Shown here piece by piece: positions 1 through 10,500 of a DNA stretch of 64,000 bases. The DNA comes from Candidatus Obscuribacteraceae bacterium (GTDB lineage Bacteria; Cyanobacteriota; Vampirovibrionia; Obscuribacterales; Obscuribacteraceae). The notes under the pieces were generated by a model that saw nothing but the letters and a program-made list of their open reading frames with translations, ran no database searches and was not told the DNA's origin. The position numbers and the translations under genes were made by a program. The stretch lies in NCBI GenBank assembly GCA_044226015.1, contig JBGAHS010000007.1, positions 416,001-480,000 of the forward strand, in the 5' to 3' direction. The number at the start of each line of letters is the position of its first letter. Position 1 is the first letter of the stretch.

Positions 1-2
1 TA

Positions 3-386
3 GTGCTTCCGAAAAAACACCCTTTGCTCGAAAAAAGAAAATTACGTCTGCGTGATCTATCACGCCAGCGACTCATTGTACCGCCAGCAGATCGACCTCA
101 TCGGCAGGTCATCGCAGCCGCTCTTCAGTCAGAGGGAATTGAGTGGGAAGTATCTGTAGAAGCTTCAGGTTGGGAGGTCATGATCAATTTTGTGAAGATG
201 GGCATGGGGTTGGCTATAGTGAATTCCTGTTGTGAGATTCCGTCTGGCTTAGTTATGCGGTCGCTAAAGGAGCTGCCTCAAATTCATTATCATTTGCTGC
301 ATTTGAAGAATGAAGCAAAAGTTGGTCCAGCAGCCGAACTAAAACAGCTCTTGCTTTCGCACAATTACGCTACGCAAGAAAAATGA
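3..386 (+). CDS. LysR-family transcriptional regulator, C-terminal substrate-binding domain (5' truncated by window edge)
   Basis: LPKKHPL...LRDL...LI and EV..WEVMINFVKMGMGLAIV are typical of the LysR effector domain. Confidence 0.85.
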   Translation: MLPKKHPLLEKRKLRLRDLSRQRLIVPPADRPHRQVIAAALQSEGIEWEVSVEASGWEVMINFVKMGMGLAIVNSCCEIPSGLVMRSLKELPQIHYHLLHLKNEAKVGPAAELKQLLLSHNYATQEK

Positions 387-402
387 CAATCTCAGAGCCA
401 CA

Positions 403-1170
403 TCAAGCTTCGCGCTTGAGCTTTGTAGGTTGCAAGTCGGGGTCGAGTGCGTACCGATCATCAAATACGAAGCACTCTCCCGTCCAGTGCTTACCACCGC
501 ATTCTGCAAAGTAATTCAGAATGCCGCCTTGTAACTGATAAACGCGGGCTAAGTCTAGTTCGTTCATGAATAATGCGGCTTTCTCGCAACGAATTCCACC
601 GGTGCAATACGTCACGATAGTTTTTTCTTTAAGCGTTGGATCCTCATCCAACGCACTACGCACCGCTTCAGGAAAAGAGCTGAATTGTTCAATATCGTAA
701 TCGATGGCATCGACGAATCTGCCCATTTCTACTTCGTAATCATTTCGGGTATCGATGATGATTATTTCTCTGCCTTCGTCATCATGACCCTGCTCAAGCC
801 ACCTGTCTAGCACTTTTGGCTCAACTGATGCTGCACGTTCCATCTCAGGTTTTATCATCGGATGCTTCATTGTGATGATTTCTTTGGGCATACGCACAAC
901 CATTTTTCTGAATGGTTGACTCTCTGAGTAGCTGACTTTCACTTCCAGGTCGCTGAACCGATTATTGCAGAGTGCATCGCTTTTTAGAAAATTCAAAAAC
1001 TCATCAGTGGCAGCTTTGCTTCCGGCAACATTGAAGTTGATGCCTTCATCAGCTAGCAGAACTGTGCCCTTCAATCGCCATTCCGTGCAGCGATCGAGAA
1101 GCACAGAGCGTAAATTCTCTCTGTCCGGAATGCCGACGAATTTGTAAGCAGCAATATTGACAATTTCCAT
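403..1170 (-). CDS. trhO: Rhodanese-domain UPF0176/YceA protein, tRNA uridine(34) hydroxylase TrhO-like
   Basis: AAYKF, LKGTVLLADEGIN, DTRNDYEVEMGRF, YCTGGIRCEKA, LQGGILNY, GECFVFDDR signatures. Confidence 0.88.
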   Translation of the reverse strand: MEIVNIAAYKFVGIPDRENLRSVLLDRCTEWRLKGTVLLADEGINFNVAGSKAATDEFLNFLKSDALCNNRFSDLEVKVSYSESQPFRKMVVRMPKEIITMKHPMIKPEMERAASVEPKVLDRWLEQGHDDEGREIIIIDTRNDYEVEMGRFVDAIDYDIEQFSSFPEAVRSALDEDPTLKEKTIVTYCTGGIRCEKAALFMNELDLARVYQLQGGILNYFAECGGKHWTGECFVFDDRYALDPDLQPTKLKREA

Positions 1171-1298
1171 TAAACCGCACCGACTGGGACGTACTGGAAT
1201 TGGATCTTATCATTTGCCGCCGCTGAGACAGCAGTTTTGAAGGGCAGCAAGCTTAAAATTTACCGAACTTGCTCGGTTTTCAGGCTTGGCGGCAATTC

Positions 1299-2180
1299 TT
1301 ACTGGTGGCTAGATGATGCCAATTTCGTCACGCGGCGTAATAAATCATCTGCTTTCAGTCTTTTGCAAACATCTTCGAACCCGGGTTTAGGACCCGTCCA
1401 TTTCATTTCTTGTAGTGATTCTGGAACAGGAGTGTCTTCGCGCAATGTTGCTAGTTTTCTGTAGAGAAGCGCTTCTTCCCATGAGTCAAACAAAACTGAA
1501 GCAAGCTTTGCTGCGCCTCTAATAGCTGTGTCCCATTGTTTAGGGTCCTTTGGAATCTGTTCGTAGTGTTCATAGCGAGATAAAACTCCGGCCGCTGCTT
1601 TTGCGCCCCATCCTTTCAATCCCGGATAGCCGTCAGCTGCATCTCCCACTGCGCCCAGATAATCTGGAATGGAAGTCGGTTTGACGCCAAACTTTTCTAT
1701 CACTCCAGCTTCATCCCGGAGTATGTTACGGCGCCTGTCCAGTTGCACAATCCTGCTGCCGCTTACGCATTGGCTGAGGTCTTTGTCTGGTGTGCAAATC
1801 AATACTCTTTCAACTTCACCGTTTGCTGCAAACTTGATTGCGGCCGCAGCCAGAGCGTCATCTGCCTCAAATTCAACCATCGGCCAAACTACTACACCCA
1901 TTGAAGTTAGAGCTTCTTCCAAAATGGGAAACTGGCAGAATAATGCCGGCTCGATTCCATCACCTGTTTTGTAGCCATCATAAAGGTCATTTCTGAAAGA
2001 CTCAATTACATGATCTGTTGCTACACCGATATGAGTGGCTCCTTGTTCGAGCATCGATACGACTGAGCCTAAGACGCCGCGTGTAGCACCTATCTCTAAG
2101 CCATCTGAGGAACTTGCTTCAGGGACGGCAAAATAGTGGCGAAATAATTCATAAGTACCATCAACAAGGTGTACTTCCAT
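1299..2180 (-). CDS. Stand-alone 5'-3' exonuclease / flap endonuclease (Pol I N-terminal-like)
   Basis: HLVDG, SFRNDLYDGYK, FEADDALA, DKDLSQ, GDAADGYPGLKGWGAK (H3TH). Start placed at ATG 2180 (MEVHLVDG) rather than TTG 2240. Confidence 0.88.
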   Translation of the reverse strand: MEVHLVDGTYELFRHYFAVPEASSSDGLEIGATRGVLGSVVSMLEQGATHIGVATDHVIESFRNDLYDGYKTGDGIEPALFCQFPILEEALTSMGVVVWPMVEFEADDALAAAAIKFAANGEVERVLICTPDKDLSQCVSGSRIVQLDRRRNILRDEAGVIEKFGVKPTSIPDYLGAVGDAADGYPGLKGWGAKAAAGVLSRYEHYEQIPKDPKQWDTAIRGAAKLASVLFDSWEEALLYRKLATLREDTPVPESLQEMKWTGPKPGFEDVCKRLKADDLLRRVTKLASSSHQ

Positions 2181-2330
2181 TTCATTTCCTTCGCGTTTTC
2201 GTAGTGCTGTGTCCGTAGGCTCGGATTCCTTCGTAGCCAAACCCGACGTGGACGGATCCAGCTGAAGACCTGTTTCGGATAACGTGCTAGTTATTTTTAC
2301 ACAAAAATCAAGTTCTCGCGATGATCAAAC

Positions 2331-3050
2331 TCAAGGTCTTTGCATTTGTTGTCTCTCAACATCACCGAACTGGAAATTCTGAAATTGATTGTCCATCGAG
2401 GTGCGAATGCTTGCCTGTTGATTTACTATTTCTCTCTTCGAACCCTTTGGATAGCGAAGGATCTTGTTTCCCTGCAATTGCATCATTGCTTGCATAACTG
2501 CTTGATCGTAAGCGGGATAGCCCGATGAAAGAGTCACTCTCGCGTTGATTATTTGTTGATTAGGAAGGACGTCACAGGAGTATTGTGCATAGATTCCGAC
2601 GGGGTAGCGACTCACCATCATTTGCCTACGTGGATCAAAAACGAAATTGACATCGTTGTGAATGTTGATCAAGCTAATGAGGTTGGACTGAATTGTCTGT
2701 GTTAGTCTATTTCGCCATCTGTCCCAATCAATCTGCAATTCCTGATTTCCGCCGTCAGGGTCATTTGCGGCTGCTAGGTTGAAAGGTTGCTGAGCATCTG
2801 CCGAACCTTGTAGAGGTGGTGCTGAGTTGTCTTGCACGCCTGATCGCAAGCCAGTCATGTTAGCGTTGCCGAATTGTTTCTCTACCTGGTCTAATTTATT
2901 CTCAAGCTCATCGTCTGTCGCACTGCCATTCAGCTTGCCAGCTTGCCCTTGCGGCTGTGTGTCTTCAATTCTTCCCTGCAACGGGTCGGCGTTTGCAGAT
3001 TCTGCAAACAGCAAGAACATTAAAGCGAGTAGAGCCGATTTTGCTTTCAT
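2331..3050 (-). CDS. Secreted protein with TonB/TolA C-terminal-like domain
   Basis: Signal peptide MKAKSALLALMFLLFAESANA. C-terminal VTLSSGYPAYDQAVMQAM resembles the TonB_C SSG...D.AA motif. Start uncertain (ORF open to 3125). Confidence 0.55.
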   Translation of the reverse strand: MKAKSALLALMFLLFAESANADPLQGRIEDTQPQGQAGKLNGSATDDELENKLDQVEKQFGNANMTGLRSGVQDNSAPPLQGSADAQQPFNLAAANDPDGGNQELQIDWDRWRNRLTQTIQSNLISLINIHNDVNFVFDPRRQMMVSRYPVGIYAQYSCDVLPNQQIINARVTLSSGYPAYDQAVMQAMMQLQGNKILRYPKGSKREIVNQQASIRTSMDNQFQNFQFGDVERQQMQRP

Positions 3051-3296
3051 GGAACTGATAAGGAAGTGCTCCCCAGTGATATACCCGTTTTGAGACATAC
3101 CTATCTTGGTCCGGAAATGCTTCATCAGGGCAGGTATTCAGGTTCGTGCTTTAAGCAAATGTGCCATTGAGAATGCAAGTAGTAGATGTGTGCAGCTTTG
3201 CAGCAAATTCGGGCAGCTTGTGGCAGATTCGGAAAGCATGAGCCGATGATTCTCGCGTGGTAAAATCGCTGCCGAGCGGTTTGGGGATCTATTGGC

Positions 3297-4493
3297 ATGC
3301 GACTATCAGTCATCGGACTTTTGCTTCTACCCATGTTGTTGATTTTTGGAGATGCCTTTGCAAAGGAAAACGATGCTGCTAATGGAGATAAAGTGGCGAC
3401 ACAGTTTGCATACGTAGGAACATATACTGAGCAGGGACATAAGGGCAAAGGTATTTATTGCTTTGATTTCAATCCCGAAAGTACAGAACGCATAAAGTTG
3501 AAACTTCGGGGGACCACAACGGGAATAAAGAATCCATCTTATTTGACGATACATCCAAACGGGAAATTTCTTTATGCTGTAAGTGAGTTAGCATCCGATG
3601 ATGGGATGAATGGAGGTTTAGTTTGGGCTTATAAGATTGATACCAAATCTGGTGAGCTTAAATCTCTCAATAGTCAGCCATCGGAGGGTGGTGGACCTTG
3701 CTATGCCGCAGTAGATCGGACTGGCTCTTGTTTGCTGGTTGCCAACTACACTAGCGGAAGTATTGCAGCTTTGCCGATTCTAGAAGATGGAAGCTTAGGA
3801 ACTGCTAAGAGCAAGATTCAGCATGAGGGCTCAAGTGTTGATCCTGAACGGCAGAAGGGTCCCCACGCTCATTCAGTGAATATTTCACCGGACAACAACT
3901 ATGCCATCGCCGCTGACCTCGGACTAGACAAATTGCTCATTTACAAGTTGGACCCGAAAACTGCTTCATTAGTTAAAAACGAACCTGCCTTCAGTGAAAC
4001 TCCCCCCGGTGGAGGTCCTCGGCATCTTTCATTTTCTCGAGATGGCAAGTTTGCTTACATTTCAAATGAAATGAAGTCTTCAGTTAGTGTGTGCGCATTT
4101 GATGCTTCGAAAGGCACATTGACTGTCATTCAGACGCTCAGCACCTTGAACGAAAAGATCGAGGGTAATTCCACTGCAGAAATCTTGATGCACCCGGATG
4201 GCAAATTCCTGTATTGCTCTAATCGAGGTCATGATAGCCTTGCCATATTCAAGGTTGATCAAGATACAGGCAAACTAAGTTTGCTTGGACATGCGCCAAC
4301 CTTGGGTCATACGCCTCGCAATTTTGGTATTGATAGCAGTGGCAATTACATCATTGTGTGCAATCAGAGTAGTTCAAACCTTGTTGTTTTCAAAATTGAT
4401 AGAGAATCGGGAATGCTGAAGGTCTTGGGTGACCCGCTCTCCCTTCCATCTCCAGTTTGCATAAAATTCTTGTCCGTCAAAGACAATCGTTGA
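3297..4493 (+). CDS. pgl: Lactonase family 7-bladed beta-propeller (6-phosphogluconolactonase/cycloisomerase), with signal peptide
   Basis: YVGTYT, NPSYL, VANY.SGS, RQKGPHAHS, ADLGLDK, GGGPRH, SNRGHDS, PRNF motifs. Confidence 0.88.
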   Translation: MRLSVIGLLLLPMLLIFGDAFAKENDAANGDKVATQFAYVGTYTEQGHKGKGIYCFDFNPESTERIKLKLRGTTTGIKNPSYLTIHPNGKFLYAVSELASDDGMNGGLVWAYKIDTKSGELKSLNSQPSEGGGPCYAAVDRTGSCLLVANYTSGSIAALPILEDGSLGTAKSKIQHEGSSVDPERQKGPHAHSVNISPDNNYAIAADLGLDKLLIYKLDPKTASLVKNEPAFSETPPGGGPRHLSFSRDGKFAYISNEMKSSVSVCAFDASKGTLTVIQTLSTLNEKIEGNSTAEILMHPDGKFLYCSNRGHDSLAIFKVDQDTGKLSLLGHAPTLGHTPRNFGIDSSGNYIIVCNQSSSNLVVFKIDRESGMLKVLGDPLSLPSPVCIKFLSVKDNR

Positions 4494-4503
4494 ATTGAGA
4501 TTT

Positions 4504-7500
4504 CTAAAATTCCAACCCATCATCAGCGTCTACAATGAGTTCGTCATCTGAATTCTGTGTATCAACATATTCGGGATATGAAATTGGTCGATATGAGAAT
4601 GATTTGAGTGTGGCGGATGGGATGCTGACGGTCTTGCCTTTAGCGGTTACTGTTATTGCCCCTCCTTGAAGAGTCAAAATGCTGTTTAATGTGATGATAC
4701 CGGTTGTGGTGACATTGTATTGAACTGCGCCTGACCCTGAGATGCTTGCACCGAAGGTATCTAATGGGCGTGTGCCGGGTGGCAGCAAAATGCTTGCTGC
4801 GGCTGTCGATACTGTACTTCCAGCTGAAAGCTCTATGACACCGCCGGTTATGTTTGTTGCTGCAGAGCCGTAAGCGTGTGCCTCAATCTTGTTATTGATT
4901 CCGCTGCTGATATTCCCTGAGCCCAGAATTGAGACGTTGCCACCATATGCCATGATGGTGGTAAAGCTTCCAAGGTCAATGTTAGCTGCTTTAACAGTTA
5001 TATCATTAGTGGTGTCCCAGAAGGATGGTGCAACCACAGATAAGCGAAGGTCCTTAGCGGAGTTCACTGTAATTGCACTCCTCGTCTGTATGGTCCATGG
5101 GGCGAAAACGGGGCCGTTGAAGTTAGCCAGCTGCCCGCCTTCTATAAAGTTTGACAGATTGGTTGATCCTTTTGAATCAACCAAAATATTTCCAGCCGTT
5201 GTGAAAATTGAGAACGCAGTTACCGTGAGATTTCCAGCTCCGTTGGTCATCAAAACTGTGACTCCATTCGTGCCATGTAAGCTCGAATCTCCATCAATCA
5301 GAAGACTGCTGCTCGCTGTTTGGTTTTTTACAAGGACCGTTCCGTAGCCAGCCAAAGACGTCGCAATATCTCCGTCTAGAGTTAGATGCTGGCTTTCTGC
5401 TGTGCAATAAGTGCAGAAGAAGGAACTTGTGCCGATTCTTATAGTCGGGCCTACTATTCGTGCGGTATCGGTCCAGCCCGTCAATGTTAATTGCGAATTG
5501 CTGCCAATTACGAGATTACTACCAGCAACCTGGTTATCCATGTAGGATGCGTTTTGAACATTGAAAGCATTTTTCGTGAGGCTAAACGTTGCTCCGAATT
5601 CGCCCCCTAAGACATTCATGTTCTTGGCCGTTATAGTTCCATTCTTTTGTAGTATTTGATTAGAACCCACCACCTTCAAGTTGAATGTGTCTGCTTGAAT
5701 GGCGCCTCCTGTTTGGAAAAATCCAGCGGTTGTGCTGACGTCTAGATTCGCCAGTCCCGTTGTGGACACGCTAGTCAATTTGCCGTTCAGGCTTATAGCA
5801 CCGCTAAGAGTTCCTGGAGTGGCCGCGTTAGTTTTGAAATTGTTGCCTGCGCTTGCAATAAAGCTGAGATGCGCAGGAGCGCTCATCGAACCTGCTATCG
5901 ATGCGTCGCCTCCTGAGAATACGGTCAGATTAGCATCACTTGTTATAGAGCCAGTACTAGCTAAGCTAAATGTAGCGCCAGGAATGGTTGATAGCACTGC
6001 GATCTGTGGAGATGATGGGACTGTGCTGGTGAATTTTGAATTGGATTGTTCAAAGATCAATTTACCGGCGATGCTGATGTTCTTAGGTGTTACAAACGGG
6101 TTACCATCATTCTCTCGTCGAATTCCGATTGGCGAGTTTTGATCAAATCCTGTGAAGTGAACTGTCACTTTAGCTGGAATGTTCAATGCCGCTAACATTG
6201 TCAGATCCACGGAGCTGTCTATATAAATGTCACCGCTGCTGATGGCACCAGTGGCAGGACTCAAGTTTGCTACTTTGATGCCGGAATTAGGCTGAGTAGC
6301 AAAAAAACGTATTCCGTCGGAAGCTACCTTATCGGTAAAATCAAGACTGGTTAAGCCTGTTCTCGGCGCTCTTGCAGTGAAACTCGCACCCTCGTCAATT
6401 GTGAGTTTGCCTGGCGTGCTGAATTGTCCTGTTGTTCCAGTGTAAAAGAGAATATCTGCCCCTGTAGCGAAGGCCGCATCTTTTGTTGGACCATTTGCAA
6501 CTACGGTTCCGTCACCAGCCAGGTAAATATTGTTAGAACCGCTCGTGTAAATATTGAAATTGCTATTTGTAAAAACTGATCCCTTGCTTCCCGGGTTGAA
6601 ATTGAAGGTCAGGTTCATCTGCCCGTTAGAAATTAGTTGGGCACCATTTCCAATTTGTATTTCACTATTTTTGCTAGCGTTGTCTAATGTGAGGGCTGAG
6701 CTTCTGCCACCTGCTCCACCAGCAAAGATGGTTACATTATCGTCAACTTTCAGCAGTCCTGTGGTTGTTAGATTATTGATGCTAATATCCACAAACCCGT
6801 ATTTAGCGGTAATGTCACCCGAGATTGTTAGCTGACCACCTGCGTCAAACTGAAATGCGCCACCTGATTGACTTGATTTCAAAGTCACTCCTGTGCTAAG
6901 GAAGTCAGATACATAGACCATTCCAGCTCCACCTGTGCTCAAGGTGACTGTAGGCGCCTGCAGCTGATAGGGCGCGAATGAGGAGCCTATATTCCCCACG
7001 CCGCTCTTCAGTGTTGCGGAATTGCTCAGATCAATTTGAAGAATGCTCACTGTTTCGATCAGGTTGCCGAATCCGTCGGCATCCAGATTCAGGTCAGCAG
7101 CTTTCAGTGGAGTGCTGATGATTATGCTTCCGTTGCTGCCGGGGTTCGTTTTTAATGTCAACTTGCCGCTTACTTGCGAGAGTGATGTCGCATCCTCTCT
7201 CACCAGTGCAATCGAGCCATTTGCACTCACTGTCACGTTGTTGAACTGTGTGTTCTTTGCGATTATTAGATTGCTTATGGTCCCGAGGTTGTTTAAGCTG
7301 ATATTTGCGCCATTTCCTATCAGTTTAATTGTAGAAGCATTCGTGCTAACCAGGTTGATATCACCCGCGCCAGCACTGATGAGCAACGAAGCATTCTTCT
7401 CACCGACGTAGCTGCCCTGCGGTTGCGTTATGGTGCCAGCCGCTTTGATATTGATTTGCGGCGCCGTGATGAATGATTTGAAAAACAGATTACCGAACAT

Positions 7501-10500
7501 CGCGATGTTTCCATCTGAGGACAGGTCGATTCGGGTATTTCCTCTACCGATTAGATTACTTAGCCCTATATCTTTGTTTGAACTCAAAGTCATGAATTGA
7601 GCCTTGCCGTTGCTGAACTGTTTGAAGTCCACAAAAGCCAGGTTGTTGTCTCTGTTTTGAATATAGATGTTTCCACCTTTTGAATCCACCCAGAAATTTC
7701 CAGATACAGCAGTCTGCAGGTTGTTCGCGCCGATGGTGCTAAATGGAACCGTTGCGTTAGCTGGGGTTGACTGTGTTGCTCCGATGTCTCCCAACCCTGT
7801 GTTCAGTCTTAGATCTTGTGATGTGATCACCGAGCCATTCAGCGTTTTGATTGTGCCTGTTCCGGTTGGATTCGTTTGCAATACAATGGACGCGTTAACG
7901 TCACCAAAGTTGCTTGCTACATCTATATTGTTTGCAGAAGTGAAGGTTGCAATCATGGGAGGTATGAAGGAGTGATGGCTCACGCTCACGTTGATCTGAC
8001 CAGCTTGTGACCCGAGGACAAGCGGAGTAGTAGGATTAAGTTGGGTGACTAATATCTGCCCTGCTCTCTGGTTGCCATCGCTGTCAGCGCTCAAAAGTAG
8101 GTTTATTCCATTTACTAGAAGTTTCTGTGCGCTGATTATTATGCCACCACCGCGTTTGTTAGAGCCTGTTTTAGCTGACGCATCAAGTGTGCCTGAAGTG
8201 ACAAATGCGATGGAGCCAGTCGGTGCCTCAAGCGCTACGCTGCCTCCTTGCGCGGAATTTGCGGTAACAGTCAGCTTACCTACATTGACCTGCATACCAC
8301 CCGTGCCAGTGTTTTTGACGCCGATGTTACCTCCGGCGCCTCCAGTGGCTGAGATAGAGCCTGTTATTCCATTGGTGATTCCCGTGCTTCCGTCGAGGAA
8401 AAACGGAAGGGTACCATTAGAAAGTAGCGAAATCATGCCACCATTGCCAGTGCCCTGTCCGTTGGCTGACAAACTACCTGTGATTTGCAGGTTTCCTGGA
8501 CCCGCTGTGCCGGCAAAGAGTGAGATATTGGCGCCGTTTCCATTGCCACTAGCTGCAGTGCTGAGTCCCGAAACGTCTACCGTGAGATCTCCCCCGGAAC
8601 TTATTGCAACGATGCCGCCGGCACCATTGCTTCCTGTTGCGGATATGTTGAAGGCGTTGGTCCCCGCTCCGATAGCGATGTTCTGTTTTGTAAGAGCACT
8701 GTAAATTGATACTGAACCACCTGTGGTGCCACTGCTTGATACTGCTACTGGGCTGTTGTTCGCATTAAAGGAGTACGAGCTTGCATTTAATCTGATCGTG
8801 CCACCAGTTCCGCTGCTTGAAGTCGCGCTGAGAGAAATGGCTGCCACTGGTGAGACGAAAGCGATTTTTCCCTTGCTGCTTGCATCGATGATTATGCTGC
8901 CTGCGGCTCCTGAGGTGCCGCTAGCTGATATTGCTTCGCTGAGTCCTATCCCACCAGTGCCTAGATTTTGCACAAGTACTTTTCCTCCAGTGGCGCCGTC
9001 CGCGGAGACTGCGCCTACACTGTTCGGATTGGTGGGCAATGTGTTGCTTGGCGAACCAATGAAGAAAGTCTTCGTGCTATTACTGACCAGGGTTATTGAG
9101 CCCCCTAGCCCGGTGTTTGAAAGGTTGAGGTTGCCGTTTACGAAAAGGTCTCCCTTACTCGCGTTGAGATTCAGGTTTCCAGCATTGCCAAGCGCAGCAC
9201 TCATGCTCAGAGCGCTTGCAGGCACGGTGACGCCGCCGCCAATGTTCATGATGCTTATGCTGCCACCATTTCCGCCACTTGCGTTCAAGCTTCCTTTTAA
9301 TCCATTTACTGGAGTTACAGTTGCTAGAGGATCAATCACAAATGGCTTAGAGGAATTGCTAGTGAGTTGAACTGCACCACCATTCTTTGTTGCCCCACCC
9401 GAAACATTTATGTTGAAGGCGCTAACATTGCCTTTGAGTGCGCTGAGAATAACAGCACCACCATTTCCACTGGAACTACTCAAGTCAAGGTCAGCTGACA
9501 CAGTGACATTGCCACCGCCCCGAGCATTCAAGGTAAGTTGTCCCGCATCGCCCGTGCTCTGAAAAGTGGCGGCTGCTGGAACGAATGATATTCCTCCAGC
9601 CCCTGTATTTGTAACAGTAATATTGCCGGCTGCGCTGCCTGAGACAGTCAATTTACTGGCATCCACAGCTATTACTTTCGCATTGAATGATTGCATTGTG
9701 ATGCTGCCACCTGCTCCGCTGACGCTACCGTTAGCGCTCAATTTCGTGTAGGTGATCTTTCCGGCTGCAGCGGTGAGTGCGATTGAACCAGCTGCTCCAG
9801 ATTGAGAGGAGACATCCAGCCCAGCAGCGTTTGTGAGACTGATATCTCCTTTTGTGGCGTTTATGGTTACAGTGGCACCACTGCCAGTGGTGCTAGGCGT
9901 TACTAAGTTGCCCAGAACCGATACGCCGGCAGCTGCATTGCTTAGTGTTATAGAACCAGCCCCGCTTCCAGAAATATCGATCGCGCCATTTACGCCGTTG
10001 ACTGGTATTTTGCTGCCATCGGAAATTGTCAGAATTTGAGTGCTGTTAGTATTGATGCTCAGATGTCCGCCGCTCAATGGAGCTGATGCTGAGGCTTTTA
10101 AGTTGATCGGTCCATCGACAAAAACTGTTCCTGTTTGTTTTGTTCCCAGACCAGCTTTTAGTATGAGTGTACCGCCGGAGGCATTGGACGCGCCAGCTGT
10201 TACTTGCAACCCCGCCGTGGCAATGCTGATATTGGAGGCAGCCGTAATGGAAACTGTTCCTGCATTTCCTGAAGATGAGTCGCCATTTGCGGACAGGGCA
10301 AAGTCGTTTATTCCATTACCTATGGTGACCTTACCTCCACGATTTGCTGTGGCGCCAAATCCGGTGGAAGTGATGTCGATCGTCCCGGCATTAAGTGCTG
10401 TAGAGCTGCCATCAACATTTAGTTGAAGATTTTTAGAGAGGACGAAGGAGTTGGCCTTAAGCGTTATTGTCCCTGCCGGAGCTTTAAGTGACGTTCCCGA

